Notes: generated by a model not told the origin, from the sequence alone. Counted from the stretch's first letter, positions 28,818 to 39,700 are shown. The stretch is DNA of 64,000 nucleotides from an uncultured delta proteobacterium (GCA_963729715.1 CAVSPA010000005.1:480001-544000); one strand, 5' to 3'. A program made the numbers and translations.

Positions 28818-30503
28818 CTATGCTCTCGTCAACTGCCGGTACTTGATCCGGTGCGGCTGGTCGGCTGCAGCGCCGAGGCGCATCTTTCTGTCCGCTTCAT
28901 ACTCCGAGTAGTTCCCGTCAAACCAGACGGTTTTGCTGTCACCCTCGAAGGCAAGGATGTGTGTGGCGATGCGGTCGAGGAACCAGCGGTCATGACTAAT
29001 CACAACGGCGCAGCCGGCAAAGTTCTCGAGCGCTTCCTCGAGCGCCCGCAAGGTATTCACATCGAGATCATTTGTTGGTTCGTCGAGGAGGAGCACATTG
29101 GCCCCCTCCTTCAGCATCCGGGCCAGATGGACCCGGTTCCTTTCGCCTCCGGAAAGCATGCCGACCTTTTTCTGCTGGTCCGTACCGGAAAAATTGAAAC
29201 GTCCGACGTAGGCACGGGAGTTGATTTTGAGGTCACCCAGCTCTACTTGTTCCTGGCCCTCAGAAATTACTTCCCAGATATTCTTGCCCGGATCAAGAAC
29301 ATCACGGCTCTGATCCACATATGAAAGCTTGACTGTTTCTCCTATTCTGATCGTGCCGGAGTCCGGTTTTTCCTGGCCTGTAACCATTCTGAACAGTGTA
29401 GTTTTCCCCGCGCCGTTAGGGCCGATTACACCGACAATCCCACCGGGAGGGAGGGAAAAAGACATCCCCTCTATAAGAAGACGGTCACCGTATGCCTTGC
29501 CTACGTCGTCTGCCTCAATGACTACTTGACCAAGTCGCGGCCCGGGCGGGATATATATTTGCAGGTCTCTCGCATGTTTCTCGCCCTCCTCCTTCAAGAG
29601 AGCCTCGTACGAACTGATGCGGGCCTTGGACTTCGCATGCCTTCCCTTCGGTGACATGCGTATCCATTCCAGTTCACGCTGTAAGGTACGCTGGCGCTCG
29701 GTTTCCTTTTTTTCCTCCACTTCCAGGCGTTTCTGTTTCTGTTCCAGCCACGATGAATAGTTACCCTGCCAGGGAATCCCCTGCCCGCGATCCAGCTCCA
29801 GGATCCAACCCGCCACATTATCGAGGAAATACCTGTCGTGGGTCACGGCAATGACGGTGCCGTGGTAGCGCTGCAGGTGGTGCTCCAGCCAGGCTACCGT
29901 TTCGGCATCGAGATGGTTGGTCGGTTCATCAAGAAGAAGTATGTCCGGTTTCTGGAGCAGCAGCCTGCAGAGGGCCACACGCCGCCTCTCTCCACCGGAT
30001 AGGACCGTCACAGGAGTATCTCCCGGCGGGCAGCGAAGGGCATCCATGGCCATTTCCAGCCTGGCATCGATGTCCCAGGCATCAAGGGCGTCGAGCTTTT
30101 CCTGAACCTCTCCCTGATGTTCGATGAGCTTGTTCATCTCCTCATCAGACATGGGTTCGTTAAATTGCTCGGTAATCATGTTGAATTCATTTAGAAGAAA
30201 AACAGTTCCCTGCACTCCCTCCTCGACGATCGCCCGCGCGGTCTTCTTCTCGTCCAGGCGTGGCTCCTGTTCGAGAAACCCGACGGTGTGTCCCGGAGAC
30301 AGGATCGTCTTTCCGTTGAAGTCCTGGTCAGCCCCCGCAAGTATGCGCAGGAGAGAGCTCTTGCCGGAACCGTTAAGACCGAGGACGCCTATCTTGGCGC
30401 CGTAGAAATAGGAGAGATAGATGTCTTTCAGCACCGCTTTCTTGTCATAATACTTGGAGACACCGATCATGGAATAAATTACTTTGGTTGTTTCATTGGA
30501 CAT
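28818..30503 (-). CDS. ettA: Energy-dependent translational throttle ABC-F protein
   Basis: Two ABC domains; FYGAKIGVLGLNGSGKS, ELEWIRMSPKGR, IPPGPRLG. Confidence 0.95.
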   Translation of the reverse strand: MSNETTKVIYSMIGVSKYYDKKAVLKDIYLSYFYGAKIGVLGLNGSGKSSLLRILAGADQDFNGKTILSPGHTVGFLEQEPRLDEKKTARAIVEEGVQGTVFLLNEFNMITEQFNEPMSDEEMNKLIEHQGEVQEKLDALDAWDIDARLEMAMDALRCPPGDTPVTVLSGGERRRVALCRLLLQKPDILLLDEPTNHLDAETVAWLEHHLQRYHGTVIAVTHDRYFLDNVAGWILELDRGQGIPWQGNYSSWLEQKQKRLEVEEKKETERQRTLQRELEWIRMSPKGRHAKSKARISSYEALLKEEGEKHARDLQIYIPPGPRLGQVVIEADDVGKAYGDRLLIEGMSFSLPPGGIVGVIGPNGAGKTTLFRMVTGQEKPDSGTIRIGETVKLSYVDQSRDVLDPGKNIWEVISEGQEQVELGDLKINSRAYVGRFNFSGTDQQKKVGMLSGGERNRVHLARMLKEGANVLLLDEPTNDLDVNTLRALEEALENFAGCAVVISHDRWFLDRIATHILAFEGDSKTVWFDGNYSEYEADRKMRLGAAADQPHRIKYRQLTRA

Positions 30504-30577
30504 GTATCCTGATAATCTCCTTCCATCATCAACAAAAATTATGCCTTCCACCCATTTTCCAAATGGGGCGGCGGAAG

Positions 30578-31417
30578 TTATTGTCCGTGATCCGGTGCGG
30601 CAAGATAGCGGTCAATTATCACTCCTGTGTTTGCAATAAGTTCAGAAAAAGCCTTTTCATTGTTATTATCCCTTATAATAAACGGAATGGCTTGCACTTC
30701 AGCCGAAAAAATCTCCTGCAGCAATCTTGCTGTATCGCGTTTTCTCCGTTCAACTTTTTCCGGTGCACTGTAGCTGCTTCCGTTCTCTTCGTTACCTCCG
30801 AAATCATCGATAAGCAAGATATGCCTGACTCCGCCCATGTGAAGACCTTGTTTCAGAATTTCCCAGAACCGGAGATTGTCCTTATGGAAACCGAGGTCCG
30901 CAGAATTAGCTACGATGACCGCTGTACTGCCGGGAGCGGTCATGGCTGCTCTTGCCCCAGCCGCCTGGATATGCAATTCTTTAAGAAATTGCAAGATGTA
31001 ACCTGTCGCTTCGGCATAATGATCTGTAGCAATGATCACTCTTACGGAAGGATGCCGATTTAGCTTATCCAAAACGGCCTGCCAGCAGCCGTCGATCCGG
31101 GAATGGCTGAGATAACTATCTACAAATAAAGATGCCGCATCAGAAATCGTCGCGTTGGAGGAGATGGACATATTCTGATGGAGAATAGCTCTTATTCTGT
31201 CCGCCATGACTTTCTTATATCCTACTTGCGTCGTGCTCCCTTCCACCCAGGTAGGATTGACGATCTGTTCCCAGAATATGCCGGAGTTGGTGACTCCCAG
31301 ATCCATCAGGCCGCTTTCCTTGAGTTGTTTCATCAAGTAGTCGGGCCGACCGAATAAGGTGGATTCCAGACTGAGGGTTCCCGAGTAGTCGAAGATGATC
31401 AGCTTTCCTGCAAGCAT
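30578..31417 (-). CDS. Hypothetical protein, divergent HAD-like
   Basis: IIFDYSGTL (motif I variant), IATD, K, LLIDD (motif IV). Confidence 0.6.
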   Translation of the reverse strand: MLAGKLIIFDYSGTLSLESTLFGRPDYLMKQLKESGLMDLGVTNSGIFWEQIVNPTWVEGSTTQVGYKKVMADRIRAILHQNMSISSNATISDAASLFVDSYLSHSRIDGCWQAVLDKLNRHPSVRVIIATDHYAEATGYILQFLKELHIQAAGARAAMTAPGSTAVIVANSADLGFHKDNLRFWEILKQGLHMGGVRHILLIDDFGGNEENGSSYSAPEKVERRKRDTARLLQEIFSAEVQAIPFIIRDNNNEKAFSELIANTGVIIDRYLAAPDHGQ

Positions 31418-31426
31418 AAAGGATCC

Positions 31427-32068
31427 CTATGTCCCCCGATTTTTCAAGGCTGCCTGGATGATTGCATTAATTTCCCGGGAAGCACGCAAAGGATCGGGTG
31501 CCGCACAGATGGCGGAGACGACAGCAATACAGTCGGCTCCCGCCATGACCGCATCTACGGCATTGGACGCATTCAGGCCGCCGATGGCAACCAGCGGGTG
31601 GCGTGAATAGGCCTTGATTCTCGCGAGTCCTTCCAAGCCCCAGTTCCCTTTCGTATCGGTCTTGGTGGGTGTTTCACAGACGGGGCTAACACCGAGGTAA
31701 TTGATATCGAATGCCTCTGCCTCCACCACGTCATTCCATGTTTCCACGGAGAGACCAATGATGGCCTTTGGCCCCATGAGTCTCCTGGCTTCGGCATAAG
31801 GCATGTCGTCCTGCCCGATATGGACTCCATCGGCCCCGCTGGCAAGTGCCACGTCAATGCGGTCATTTATGATGAGAGGCACATGGAATCCGGCCGCGAG
31901 GGCCTTCATCTTATGCGCCTCTTCCACAAAAAAACGGGTGGATATATTTTTTTCACGGAGCTGTATGCAGGCTGCGCCGCCCACGAGGGCATTGTGCACC
32001 ACGTCTTCAAGTGGTCGGTTGCCGCATAATCCGCGGTCTGTAACCAGGTATAATCCGCGCACGGTCAA
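31427..32068 (-). CDS. thiE: Thiamine-phosphate synthase
   Basis: [36 protein letters not shown] start overlaps thiM stop. Confidence 0.95.
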   Translation of the reverse strand: MTVRGLYLVTDRGLCGNRPLEDVVHNALVGGAACIQLREKNISTRFFVEEAHKMKALAAGFHVPLIINDRIDVALASGADGVHIGQDDMPYAEARRLMGPKAIIGLSVETWNDVVEAEAFDINYLGVSPVCETPTKTDTKGNWGLEGLARIKAYSRHPLVAIGGLNASNAVDAVMAGADCIAVVSAICAAPDPLRASREINAIIQAALKNRGT

Positions 32069-32868
32069 CCTTCTATCTTGAGGTAATGTTTTATATCCTT
32101 TTCTGACAACCCATAGAGGGCATCGAGAAAACGGACCTGAAGCATTCCGGGACCTGCCGCGTTCTTCACAGCGATTTCCCCGGCTATGCCCATCACCGCC
32201 ATTGCCTGAACCGCCGCCTCGGCATACGCGCGATTGACGGCTGCAAACGCCCCGCATATCGCCGTCGCAATGCATCCCATACCGGTAACCTTTGTCATCA
32301 TGGGGTGACCGTTCAATACCTTGGTGACTTCGTCTCCGTAAATGATGTAGTCCGTTTCTCCGCTGACACATACAACACTTCCACAAGACTTGTTTAACTT
32401 ATGGGCTATGTACACTGCGGAATGTGAGGAGGCCGTACTCTCTACTCCTTTTGTCTTCGCGTCTTTCTCCATGAGAGCCATAATTTCCGAGGCGTTGCCC
32501 CTGATGATAGCGGGCGGCGCTTCCTGTATCAGCTCCCTCGCCGTGCTGGTGCGGTATGCAGTCGCCCCCGCACCGACGGGGTCCAGAACGATCGGGATGT
32601 TAACTTTCTTGGCCTGGTCAACAGCGAGAAGCATTGCTCGTATCCAATGCGAGCTTAAGGTTCCTATATTGATGACCACAGCGCCGGCGATGCTAACCAT
32701 CTCCTCCATTTCCTCCTCCGCATGGGCCATAACAGGTGAAGCCCCGATGGCAAGCAGTGCGTTGGCGGAATTGTTCATGACCACATAATTGGTAATATTG
32801 TGGATCACCGGGGAATTTTCTCTGATCTCCTTGACTGATGACCAGATACTGGATGCAGAAACCTTCAT
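32065..32868 (-). CDS. thiM: Hydroxyethylthiazole kinase
   Basis: [37 protein letters not shown]. Confidence 0.96.
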   Translation of the reverse strand: MKVSASSIWSSVKEIRENSPVIHNITNYVVMNNSANALLAIGASPVMAHAEEEMEEMVSIAGAVVINIGTLSSHWIRAMLLAVDQAKKVNIPIVLDPVGAGATAYRTSTARELIQEAPPAIIRGNASEIMALMEKDAKTKGVESTASSHSAVYIAHKLNKSCGSVVCVSGETDYIIYGDEVTKVLNGHPMMTKVTGMGCIATAICGAFAAVNRAYAEAAVQAMAVMGIAGEIAVKNAAGPGMLQVRFLDALYGLSEKDIKHYLKIEG

Positions 32869-33108
32869 ATGGCAACTCTCCTTTGCTCCGTAAAATCCAT
32901 TTTCGTGTTGCGTCGTGTCCCCCATCACATCAATTGCATATTTTTAAATGTATCATATAACGCACAGTAATGTAAACGGGACGATGCTTTCGATATGTGT
33001 TTTTTATCGGGTTGTGCAATTACTTCAAATATAGTAGTTTCTCTGCGGCTATGAATTCTAAGCAGGAGCAAAAATTTATTTTGCATTTTTCTGAGCGGGA
33101 TATCACGT

Positions 33109-34140
33109 ATGAGTAAGATCAAAGAGATTATTGAAACGGTAAATGAAAATCAGGAGATCGCGAAAAAATTCTTCGAGATCGAGACTAGTATTTTATCCAT
33201 TCTCAATTTCAAGGACTTTCTCGAAAGGCTGCTCACGGAAATCCAGGAAAAAATGGCGATTCCCTATGTATGGATTGCGTTGATAGAAGAGAGCGACTTC
33301 GCGGAGATGCTGCAAAGATCGGCAACGTCGGAAATTGTGAAAGGGCGGACGAGCCTGATTGAGAGAAACCTGTTTCTCAAACTTATCGGAAATAAGATAG
33401 ATCCTATACTTGCTAATGAGGATTTAACAGCCTTCTATGCTTTGCTTCCCCGAGAGCACGAGTATCATATCCAGTCCCTTGCCATCGCTCCCCTGACGCT
33501 GGATGGCGGGATCATCGGCAGCCTGATTCAAGGAGACAGTTCCCCGTTCCGTTACCGCCCCGATATGGATGCAACTTTGCTGAAAAGGCTGGCAACTATT
33601 GTTTCCATCTGTCTTTCCAATGTTATGGCTCATGAGAAACTCAACTTTCTGGCATCGAGGGATTCACTCACGGGGTTGTTAAACCGCAGGGTTCTCGAAG
33701 ACATAGTAAAGAGGGAGTTTGACCGGGCAGTAAGGTACAGGACGCCGCTGACGGTTGTGTTTCTCGACGTGGATGACTTTAAGACGGTTAATGACCTCTA
33801 TGGTCACGACGCCGGCGATATTGTGCTGAAGTACGTGGCGACTCAATTGCTGTCCATGACCCGAGTAAGCGATGTTGTCGCAAGATTTGCGGGGGATGAG
33901 TTCATCATCATTCTTCCCAATACACCCGTCGGTGAAGCCTGTGAATTCGCAACTCGCCTGCAGACCTTCTTTATCAGTCACCCTCTGGACTTTGAGGGTA
34001 TTCCGATCCGTATCTCCGTAAGCTATGGATTATCGCACCTTGAAGATGGCGCTTATGATGCCATGTCGCTTCTGAAAAAGGCGGATAAAATGCTTTACAG
34101 AGCGAAGATGGAAAAAAATACGAGAGATTCCTATCTCTAA
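33109..34140 (+). CDS. GAF/DUF484-like domain diguanylate cyclase
   Basis: DSLTGLLNRR, DVDDFKTVND.YGH..GD, RVSD I-site, RFAGDEF. Confidence 0.9.
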   Translation: MSKIKEIIETVNENQEIAKKFFEIETSILSILNFKDFLERLLTEIQEKMAIPYVWIALIEESDFAEMLQRSATSEIVKGRTSLIERNLFLKLIGNKIDPILANEDLTAFYALLPREHEYHIQSLAIAPLTLDGGIIGSLIQGDSSPFRYRPDMDATLLKRLATIVSICLSNVMAHEKLNFLASRDSLTGLLNRRVLEDIVKREFDRAVRYRTPLTVVFLDVDDFKTVNDLYGHDAGDIVLKYVATQLLSMTRVSDVVARFAGDEFIIILPNTPVGEACEFATRLQTFFISHPLDFEGIPIRISVSYGLSHLEDGAYDAMSLLKKADKMLYRAKMEKNTRDSYL

Positions 34141-34145
34141 TTCCG

Positions 34146-35075
34146 TTAATTCTTGCCGCCGCCAAGCCTTTCCCGCAGCTGTTCAATAAGTTTTCTGGCG
34201 GAGGAAGGCTCCTTCAGCCTCACGGCGCCGATGATGTAACGGCCTGACTGCTCTACGAACACTCCTCCATACAAGGGATCGACAGCCGCGAGGGAAACGA
34301 AATCTCGCCTCTCTCGCAGTTGCATGTTTTTCCCTTCAGCCTTCAGGTAAGAACGATATCGATCAAAAGTCTCTTTTGCCGCTGAGATGGAATCTTCAGG
34401 CACTAGGAATACCTGGGCACGTTCGCCTTCGAGAAGCGCATCTGCGATGACGCCCCGACGGAAAAAGGCATACCCGAGGAGGCTCTTAGCTATATATCGC
34501 TCGGTCTTCGGAACAATGCCCGGCATTTTCAGGGCCTCAAGAACTCCGGCGGGCCTCGCATTGGCTGGTAGCTTCTCTGAAATAGCCCACGCGCATGCAA
34601 GAAATACATCCTGTCCCAGACCGGTCGCGCCCGTGACCTGAAGCCTCACAAAATACCTGTCCTGGTAGAACATCAACTGGGATGGAGACACAAATCCTTC
34701 CGTGCCTACTGTCACACTTGCAGCATCCGCCTTTCGGTAGTTGGAGTAGATTCCAAAGGCATCAAGCGGGGAGGCCATTCTGTATACGTCGGCCACGATC
34801 CATTCTTCCGAATTATTTCCGTTTATATATGTGGCAGTGGCGAGCATATCAAACCCGTAGGGAAAATAAAGTTCCGCTTCGCCGTTGATATGATCGAACA
34901 GAGTGTCTTTATCGAAGAGGGCTGCCTTGTCCTTCAACGTCCAGCCTTGAGCACAACCATAAGCAGGCAAAAGATTCTCCATGGCTCCGTCCGCGGCAAA
35001 GACCGGAACCCATGCATGGATGGTCAAGAAAAGAATGCACACGATGATCGAGAAGACCACTTCGATGCGATTCAT
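34146..35075 (-). CDS. Exported protein, DUF6599-like
   Basis: Signal peptide; LFDHINGEAELY, DVYRM..PLDAFGIYS. Confidence 0.7.
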   Translation of the reverse strand: MNRIEVVFSIIVCILFLTIHAWVPVFAADGAMENLLPAYGCAQGWTLKDKAALFDKDTLFDHINGEAELYFPYGFDMLATATYINGNNSEEWIVADVYRMASPLDAFGIYSNYRKADAASVTVGTEGFVSPSQLMFYQDRYFVRLQVTGATGLGQDVFLACAWAISEKLPANARPAGVLEALKMPGIVPKTERYIAKSLLGYAFFRRGVIADALLEGERAQVFLVPEDSISAAKETFDRYRSYLKAEGKNMQLRERRDFVSLAAVDPLYGGVFVEQSGRYIIGAVRLKEPSSARKLIEQLRERLGGGKN

Positions 35076-35114
35076 TGATATGCCCCCCCTGTCCGGCTAA
35101 CGCGCATCGTTTCT

Positions 35115-36296
35115 CTAAGCGAGTAATCTCCTCGCCCTGTCCATCTTCATTGCAATGTCAAGCCCGTTCACGCACTTCGCCACACAATCCGGACAGTCAA
35201 GGCACGCGGATGCAGAAATGGATGCGGGAATCTCATCGTATGTGGCCCGCGCAAGTCCGGATTCTTTGTATCCTTCTTTGTACATGAGGCAGCGGTTGAT
35301 CGTGCTGATCGCTACGCTTTTCGGGCAGGTGGTTTCACATTCTCCGCAAAGATGGCAGTAATAATGTTTCACAGCGGCTCCGTAACGCTTCAGGATGAGT
35401 TTGTCGAGGTACCCGAATTTCATCCCCATCACCGCTATGTCTTCCCGGAGCTCAGCCATGTCTCTCATGCCGGGAATGGCCGCCGTGATGTGCGTATTCT
35501 GAAGAGCCCATTTTAAGGCTGCCTGGTGAGGACTGACGGGACCCAGCGCGCCGGTATCGTAACCCCCCGCCTGCGTCTTCATGGCGATAATCCCGATGTT
35601 CGCCTGGGCGGCCCTTGCTATCGCATCCTTCACATCCGCGCTGCTCTTGAAGTTGTAACCTACGAGAGCCGTGTCGAAGAACCTGTCGCGGTCATCCACG
35701 AGGGCGTTGAGGACCTCGGCCTGACCCTTGTGTGATGTGACCCCGAAGAATCTGACCTTGCCCTGCTCTTTCAGTTTTGTGAACGCCTCTCGTGTCTCCG
35801 GAATCAATATGCGGTCTTTGTTTTCAGCGGTAAGATTATGGAGCTGGATGACGTCAACATAATCTGTTCCCAGCGCCCTGAGGCTTGTTTCAACGTCATT
35901 GAAGATGGCCTCTTTTGTATGCGAGTCAGGCTTCGTTTTCGTTGCCACATATATCTTGTCACGCCTGCCTTTCAATGCCTTCGCGACGATCTCCTCATTC
36001 TTGCCGCCCATGTAGCGTCGCGCCGTATCCACATAGTTAACGCCGTGATCAAAGGCGACATTCATCACCTCCGCTTCCGGCGTAAGCATTGCTCCGAAGC
36101 TTACGATCGCAATCTTCATGCCGGTTCTGCCGAGGGTTCTGTATACAGGCGGAGGAAAGACGAAGGATTCCGCCGATGCATATTCCATGGCATTGGCCAG
36201 GCCTTCCCAGCCGATTATGGCCGACGTTGTTCCTGCCAGACCAACCTTGAGAAAATCTCTCCTGTTCATACCCACATATCCTTTTTCTTTCTGCAT
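35115..36296 (-). CDS. Tat-exported aldo/keto reductase with C-terminal Fe-S domain
   Basis: NRRDFLK; YRTLGRTG, VDTARRY, AMKT; CHLCGECETTCP and CLDCPDCVAKC. Confidence 0.88.
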   Translation of the reverse strand: MQKEKGYVGMNRRDFLKVGLAGTTSAIIGWEGLANAMEYASAESFVFPPPVYRTLGRTGMKIAIVSFGAMLTPEAEVMNVAFDHGVNYVDTARRYMGGKNEEIVAKALKGRRDKIYVATKTKPDSHTKEAIFNDVETSLRALGTDYVDVIQLHNLTAENKDRILIPETREAFTKLKEQGKVRFFGVTSHKGQAEVLNALVDDRDRFFDTALVGYNFKSSADVKDAIARAAQANIGIIAMKTQAGGYDTGALGPVSPHQAALKWALQNTHITAAIPGMRDMAELREDIAVMGMKFGYLDKLILKRYGAAVKHYYCHLCGECETTCPKSVAISTINRCLMYKEGYKESGLARATYDEIPASISASACLDCPDCVAKCVNGLDIAMKMDRARRLLA

Positions 36297-36323
36297 AGCG
36301 TCCTCCCTGTTACCCAGCAATGA

Positions 36324-36803
36324 TTATCCTTTGCCCTTGTATGCCGTGAGCACACGCAGTATTTCTCCGATGTCAGGAAGCTCCCTGATTGGATAGACCT
36401 TGACGAAGATGATTTTCCCCGTCTCATCGACAATAACATTGGCTCTTTCCGAAAATCCCTCCGCGCGAAGAAGGCCCATCGACTTCGCAACGTCTCCGTG
36501 AGGCCAGAAATCAGCAAGGAGTCTTGTGTTTTTGATTCTCAGGCTTTTGGCCCAGGCCGCCTTGGAAGGCACGCTGTCCACGCTTAAACCCACCGCCACA
36601 GTATTGAGTTTATTTAAGAACCTCTTATTCTTTTCCAGAGACTGCATCTGCTTTGCGCATATGGATGTCCAGGCTAGGGGATGAAAGGACAAGAGCACCT
36701 TTTCCCCCCTATACTCCGACAGGTGCAAATCTTGACCGTTCTGATCCTTCAAGGAAAAGTCCTTCACTTTTTTACCCTGTTGCACCACTTTTTTTTCCGC
36801 CAT
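36324..36803 (-). CDS. Peroxiredoxin (AhpE/AhpC-like)
   Basis: HPLAWTSIC, SVDS, LADFWPHG, SERA. Confidence 0.88.
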   Translation of the reverse strand: MAEKKVVQQGKKVKDFSLKDQNGQDLHLSEYRGEKVLLSFHPLAWTSICAKQMQSLEKNKRFLNKLNTVAVGLSVDSVPSKAAWAKSLRIKNTRLLADFWPHGDVAKSMGLLRAEGFSERANVIVDETGKIIFVKVYPIRELPDIGEILRVLTAYKGKG

Positions 36804-37073
36804 GGGAAACCTCCCTTCTTTTTGTATGCATCAACAAAAATATGTTTATTTCCTAGCGAGTATAATCACAAGCGTGATACCGAATTGGATGGATAGGATT
36901 ACAACTAAGTGTGACATAAATTAACTTCCAATGTAAAGAACAGTTTAAGACGCGCAACCAAAACTCTGTTGGAAAATTGAAAATTTTTGGCGTAATGAAA
37001 ATCTGCGCCGTATGAGACATATAACCGATAGGCATTTACTCGCTTACCCTTAAAGCTTGGTGGGTTGCAATCA

Positions 37074-38264
37074 CTACCGGCTGCGGGGTTTTGGGGGAGT
37101 CACATAAGGGCTATCCAGATATTTCCTTGCCTCGACCTGTGCAAAACCTTCTCCGCCCGGCTCTGCCAGGGCCCTGTTATAGTACTCTTCCGCCTGCTCT
37201 CTTTCCTTGAGAGCGTCATGTATCATCCCCAAACGCACGAGGGCCCACGCGCGGACCCGGGCGTTATAGGGCGCCCTATCCTCAAGTGTCTTTTCAAGAT
37301 ATTCGGAAGCCCTAACATATTCTTCCTCGTTGAAGAAGATTCTTCCCATGAGCTGGTTGAGACGAGGCTGAAGTTGGGGAACGAAGGGAGGCGTGCCTGC
37401 TTGAATATCTTTTTCGATCTCACGGGCTATGGCGAATGCTTCCTGGAGTTGGTGGAGATCGGAGAACGCATTTGCCAATGCAAAGGAAAAGTTATAATTG
37501 CGGGGAAACCTTTTACGGAGCTCGCGAGCAATGGGAAGAGCCCTGGCGGGTTGTTTCTCAAAGTTCACATACACCGACGCGAGTTCAGACTGCGCAAGTT
37601 CTCTGAGAAGATCACCCTTCTGCGCCGCCAATTCCAGTTCCTGAAGCCCCTTCTTGCTGTCTCCGGAGGCAATCAGGAGGGAAGAAAAAAAACGGGCCAA
37701 GGGCGGAAGGTGATCGAGATGGTAATGGAGGAGGCCCATGAGAAAATACGTGTCATAATTTTGCGGATCTTCTTCCTTTGCTTTTTCCAAGTATTCCCAG
37801 ATATTCGATGTCTCCTGCGCTACGATGCGATACTGTTTTTGGCCGATGGCCCAGCGGACTTTGATAATCTTTGCCATGGCCGTGGCAAAGTAGGCCTGCG
37901 CGTCATTAGGATTTTTCTCAATCCTGCTCTGGCCTCGGGCCGTGGCTTCGCTAACGTAGCGAAGCATGGATTCCTGATATTTCTCCCGCTCCTTCTGGTC
38001 GAGGCTAATCTCATAGAAGAACAAGTTCTCGAGAGCGGAAAAAGCATAGCCAATCGGATTATCCCGATCCAGGTCCACAGCCTTCTGCAGATGGTCGCCC
38101 GCGCTCTGCGGCTCAAGGTTGAAAACTTTTTCAATTCCCTGCCTGAGATAGGAATGGAGCTGGTTCGGCCTCAATTGGGCGGCTGCCGCCCCGGCTTCGG
38201 GAGCAAAGATTATAGGGGATAAGCAAAGGGCAAGGAAAAGAATTGCCGTTCTTCTCTTGTTCAT
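37074..38264 (-). CDS. Exported tetratricopeptide-repeat protein
   Basis: Signal peptide; repeated TPR-like helices (A..LDRDNP, KNPNDAQAY, EDPQNYD). Confidence 0.75.
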   Translation of the reverse strand: MNKRRTAILFLALCLSPIIFAPEAGAAAAQLRPNQLHSYLRQGIEKVFNLEPQSAGDHLQKAVDLDRDNPIGYAFSALENLFFYEISLDQKEREKYQESMLRYVSEATARGQSRIEKNPNDAQAYFATAMAKIIKVRWAIGQKQYRIVAQETSNIWEYLEKAKEEDPQNYDTYFLMGLLHYHLDHLPPLARFFSSLLIASGDSKKGLQELELAAQKGDLLRELAQSELASVYVNFEKQPARALPIARELRKRFPRNYNFSFALANAFSDLHQLQEAFAIAREIEKDIQAGTPPFVPQLQPRLNQLMGRIFFNEEEYVRASEYLEKTLEDRAPYNARVRAWALVRLGMIHDALKEREQAEEYYNRALAEPGGEGFAQVEARKYLDSPYVTPPKPRSR

Positions 38265-38279
38265 AGGTGTGTATTCTTT

Positions 38280-39185
38280 TTACAGGTTCTTGGAGATGAA
38301 TTTCAACATCTGCTTGAAGACCCCTTCGAGAATGTCCCGCCGAATAAAATAATCCGGCATTTGATTATAGAAATAATCGGCGACGGCCTTTCCGGCGGCA
38401 TCGATATCACCGTCATGCCTGCGGTATGTATCCTCCATAACGGCCTTCCATTTGACGCCTTCCTTAAAGGTCAGGTCGAGGAAATTGGATGCCTCATCCC
38501 CGGTGATATATCCGTAATGGTCACCGCAGAGGTAGGACACCGGCAAGGGCTTCAATTTCTCCAGGCTAACCAGATACTGCGTGATATTTGTATTCATGGA
38601 GGGGAAGCAGAAGTCCTTGTAAGGAATCCCTGCGGCGTCGGAGGCAAACATGATTTTTCTTTCAGGCTCGTAGGCAGTAATGGAACAGTTGGAATGGCCG
38701 GCGGTATCCATTATCTGCAGCATGACACCGCCGAGGTCTATCTGGTCTCCTTCGGCCAAGGTGAGACCGGCAATGTCATCACGCCAGTCGAGATCGTAGG
38801 CCGCAAGGGCTCTCTCCGCGCCCCACCACGTCGCACTGAGTCTACTGTAGCTGTTCATGACTTCGATAGCTTTAGGCATGGAGAATATCTTCCAGGCCGG
38901 CGCCGAGGCGTACACATCTATCCCGGGATATTTCCGCTTGAAATATGGGACGATTCCCACATGATCGAAATGCGAATGGAGGATCAGGATTTTCCCGATC
39001 TTTTTCGCGTCGATCCCAAATTTCTTCATCTGTTCCAGAACGTCGGTAAGTATGTAGCTCATCGCCCCGTTAATCAGGATTGCATCGTCTCGCCCTTCAA
39101 AAATATAGACCCCCGCTTCCTCACGGCCCAGATACCAGAGATTCTCCGTAACCTTTCCCGCCTTTCTGAATCGCATAAATTGCAC
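38280..39185 (-). CDS. MBL-fold metallo-hydrolase
   Basis: HSHFDH, AGHS, ASDA, GDH; TTG start with GGAGG. Confidence 0.85.
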   Translation of the reverse strand: MQFMRFRKAGKVTENLWYLGREEAGVYIFEGRDDAILINGAMSYILTDVLEQMKKFGIDAKKIGKILILHSHFDHVGIVPYFKRKYPGIDVYASAPAWKIFSMPKAIEVMNSYSRLSATWWGAERALAAYDLDWRDDIAGLTLAEGDQIDLGGVMLQIMDTAGHSNCSITAYEPERKIMFASDAAGIPYKDFCFPSMNTNITQYLVSLEKLKPLPVSYLCGDHYGYITGDEASNFLDLTFKEGVKWKAVMEDTYRRHDGDIDAAGKAVADYFYNQMPDYFIRRDILEGVFKQMLKFISKNL

Positions 39186-39239
39186 CTCCCATGTGCGGCC
39201 ATGTCTGCATCAATGTGCATTCTTCCGAATGCGCGCAGA

Positions 39240-39548
39240 TTATCCTTTGGATATTCCCCTTTTTTCCAAACGTGCAAGCCGTTCTTTGATTTCGTCCACT
39301 TCTTTTCGCGTGGGAATATTCAGACGCTTAAGGAGGCCCGTTACGGTCTGTTCCATCTTATCTTCCAGGTCTTTCTTTGCCTGCTTTGATTTTTCCACAA
39401 ATTCACTAACTGCCTCCCGTGCCTCCTTCTCTGTCATTTCTCCTTTCTTGACGAGTTCATCCATAATCTCCTGGACTTTTTCCGTGGTCATTATCGCCAA
39501 CCCGGCGCCAGCCAATGTCATTTTCCTGATGTAGTCAAGCATTGCCAT
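39240..39548 (-). CDS. Phasin-like / PHA-granule regulator family protein
   Basis: LAGAGL..TTEK, ELVKKGEM..KEA, LNIPTR.EV..IKERL. Confidence 0.8.
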   Translation of the reverse strand: MAMLDYIRKMTLAGAGLAIMTTEKVQEIMDELVKKGEMTEKEAREAVSEFVEKSKQAKKDLEDKMEQTVTGLLKRLNIPTRKEVDEIKERLARLEKRGISKG

Positions 39549-39700
39549 ACCCCCTTTGTATTTGAATAATTTTATTTTAAATTCTCTGTCGGGAAATGTC
39601 AATGTAATGGTTCCACGCCGATATGGTGTTTGCACTAAGCGACCACGTATGATAAACAGCGGTCACCATCAATGAGTAAGAATAATAGGCAGGGTTAGGC

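Noticed and set aside
31427..32386. 319-aa thiE ORF with a long N-terminal extension
   Set aside because: The extension overlaps thiM in another frame; TTG 32068 gives a normal-length ThiE
37065..39389. Long plus-strand ORFs of 385 and 342 aa
   Set aside because: Antisense shadows of the TPR and MBL genes with no recognisable motifs
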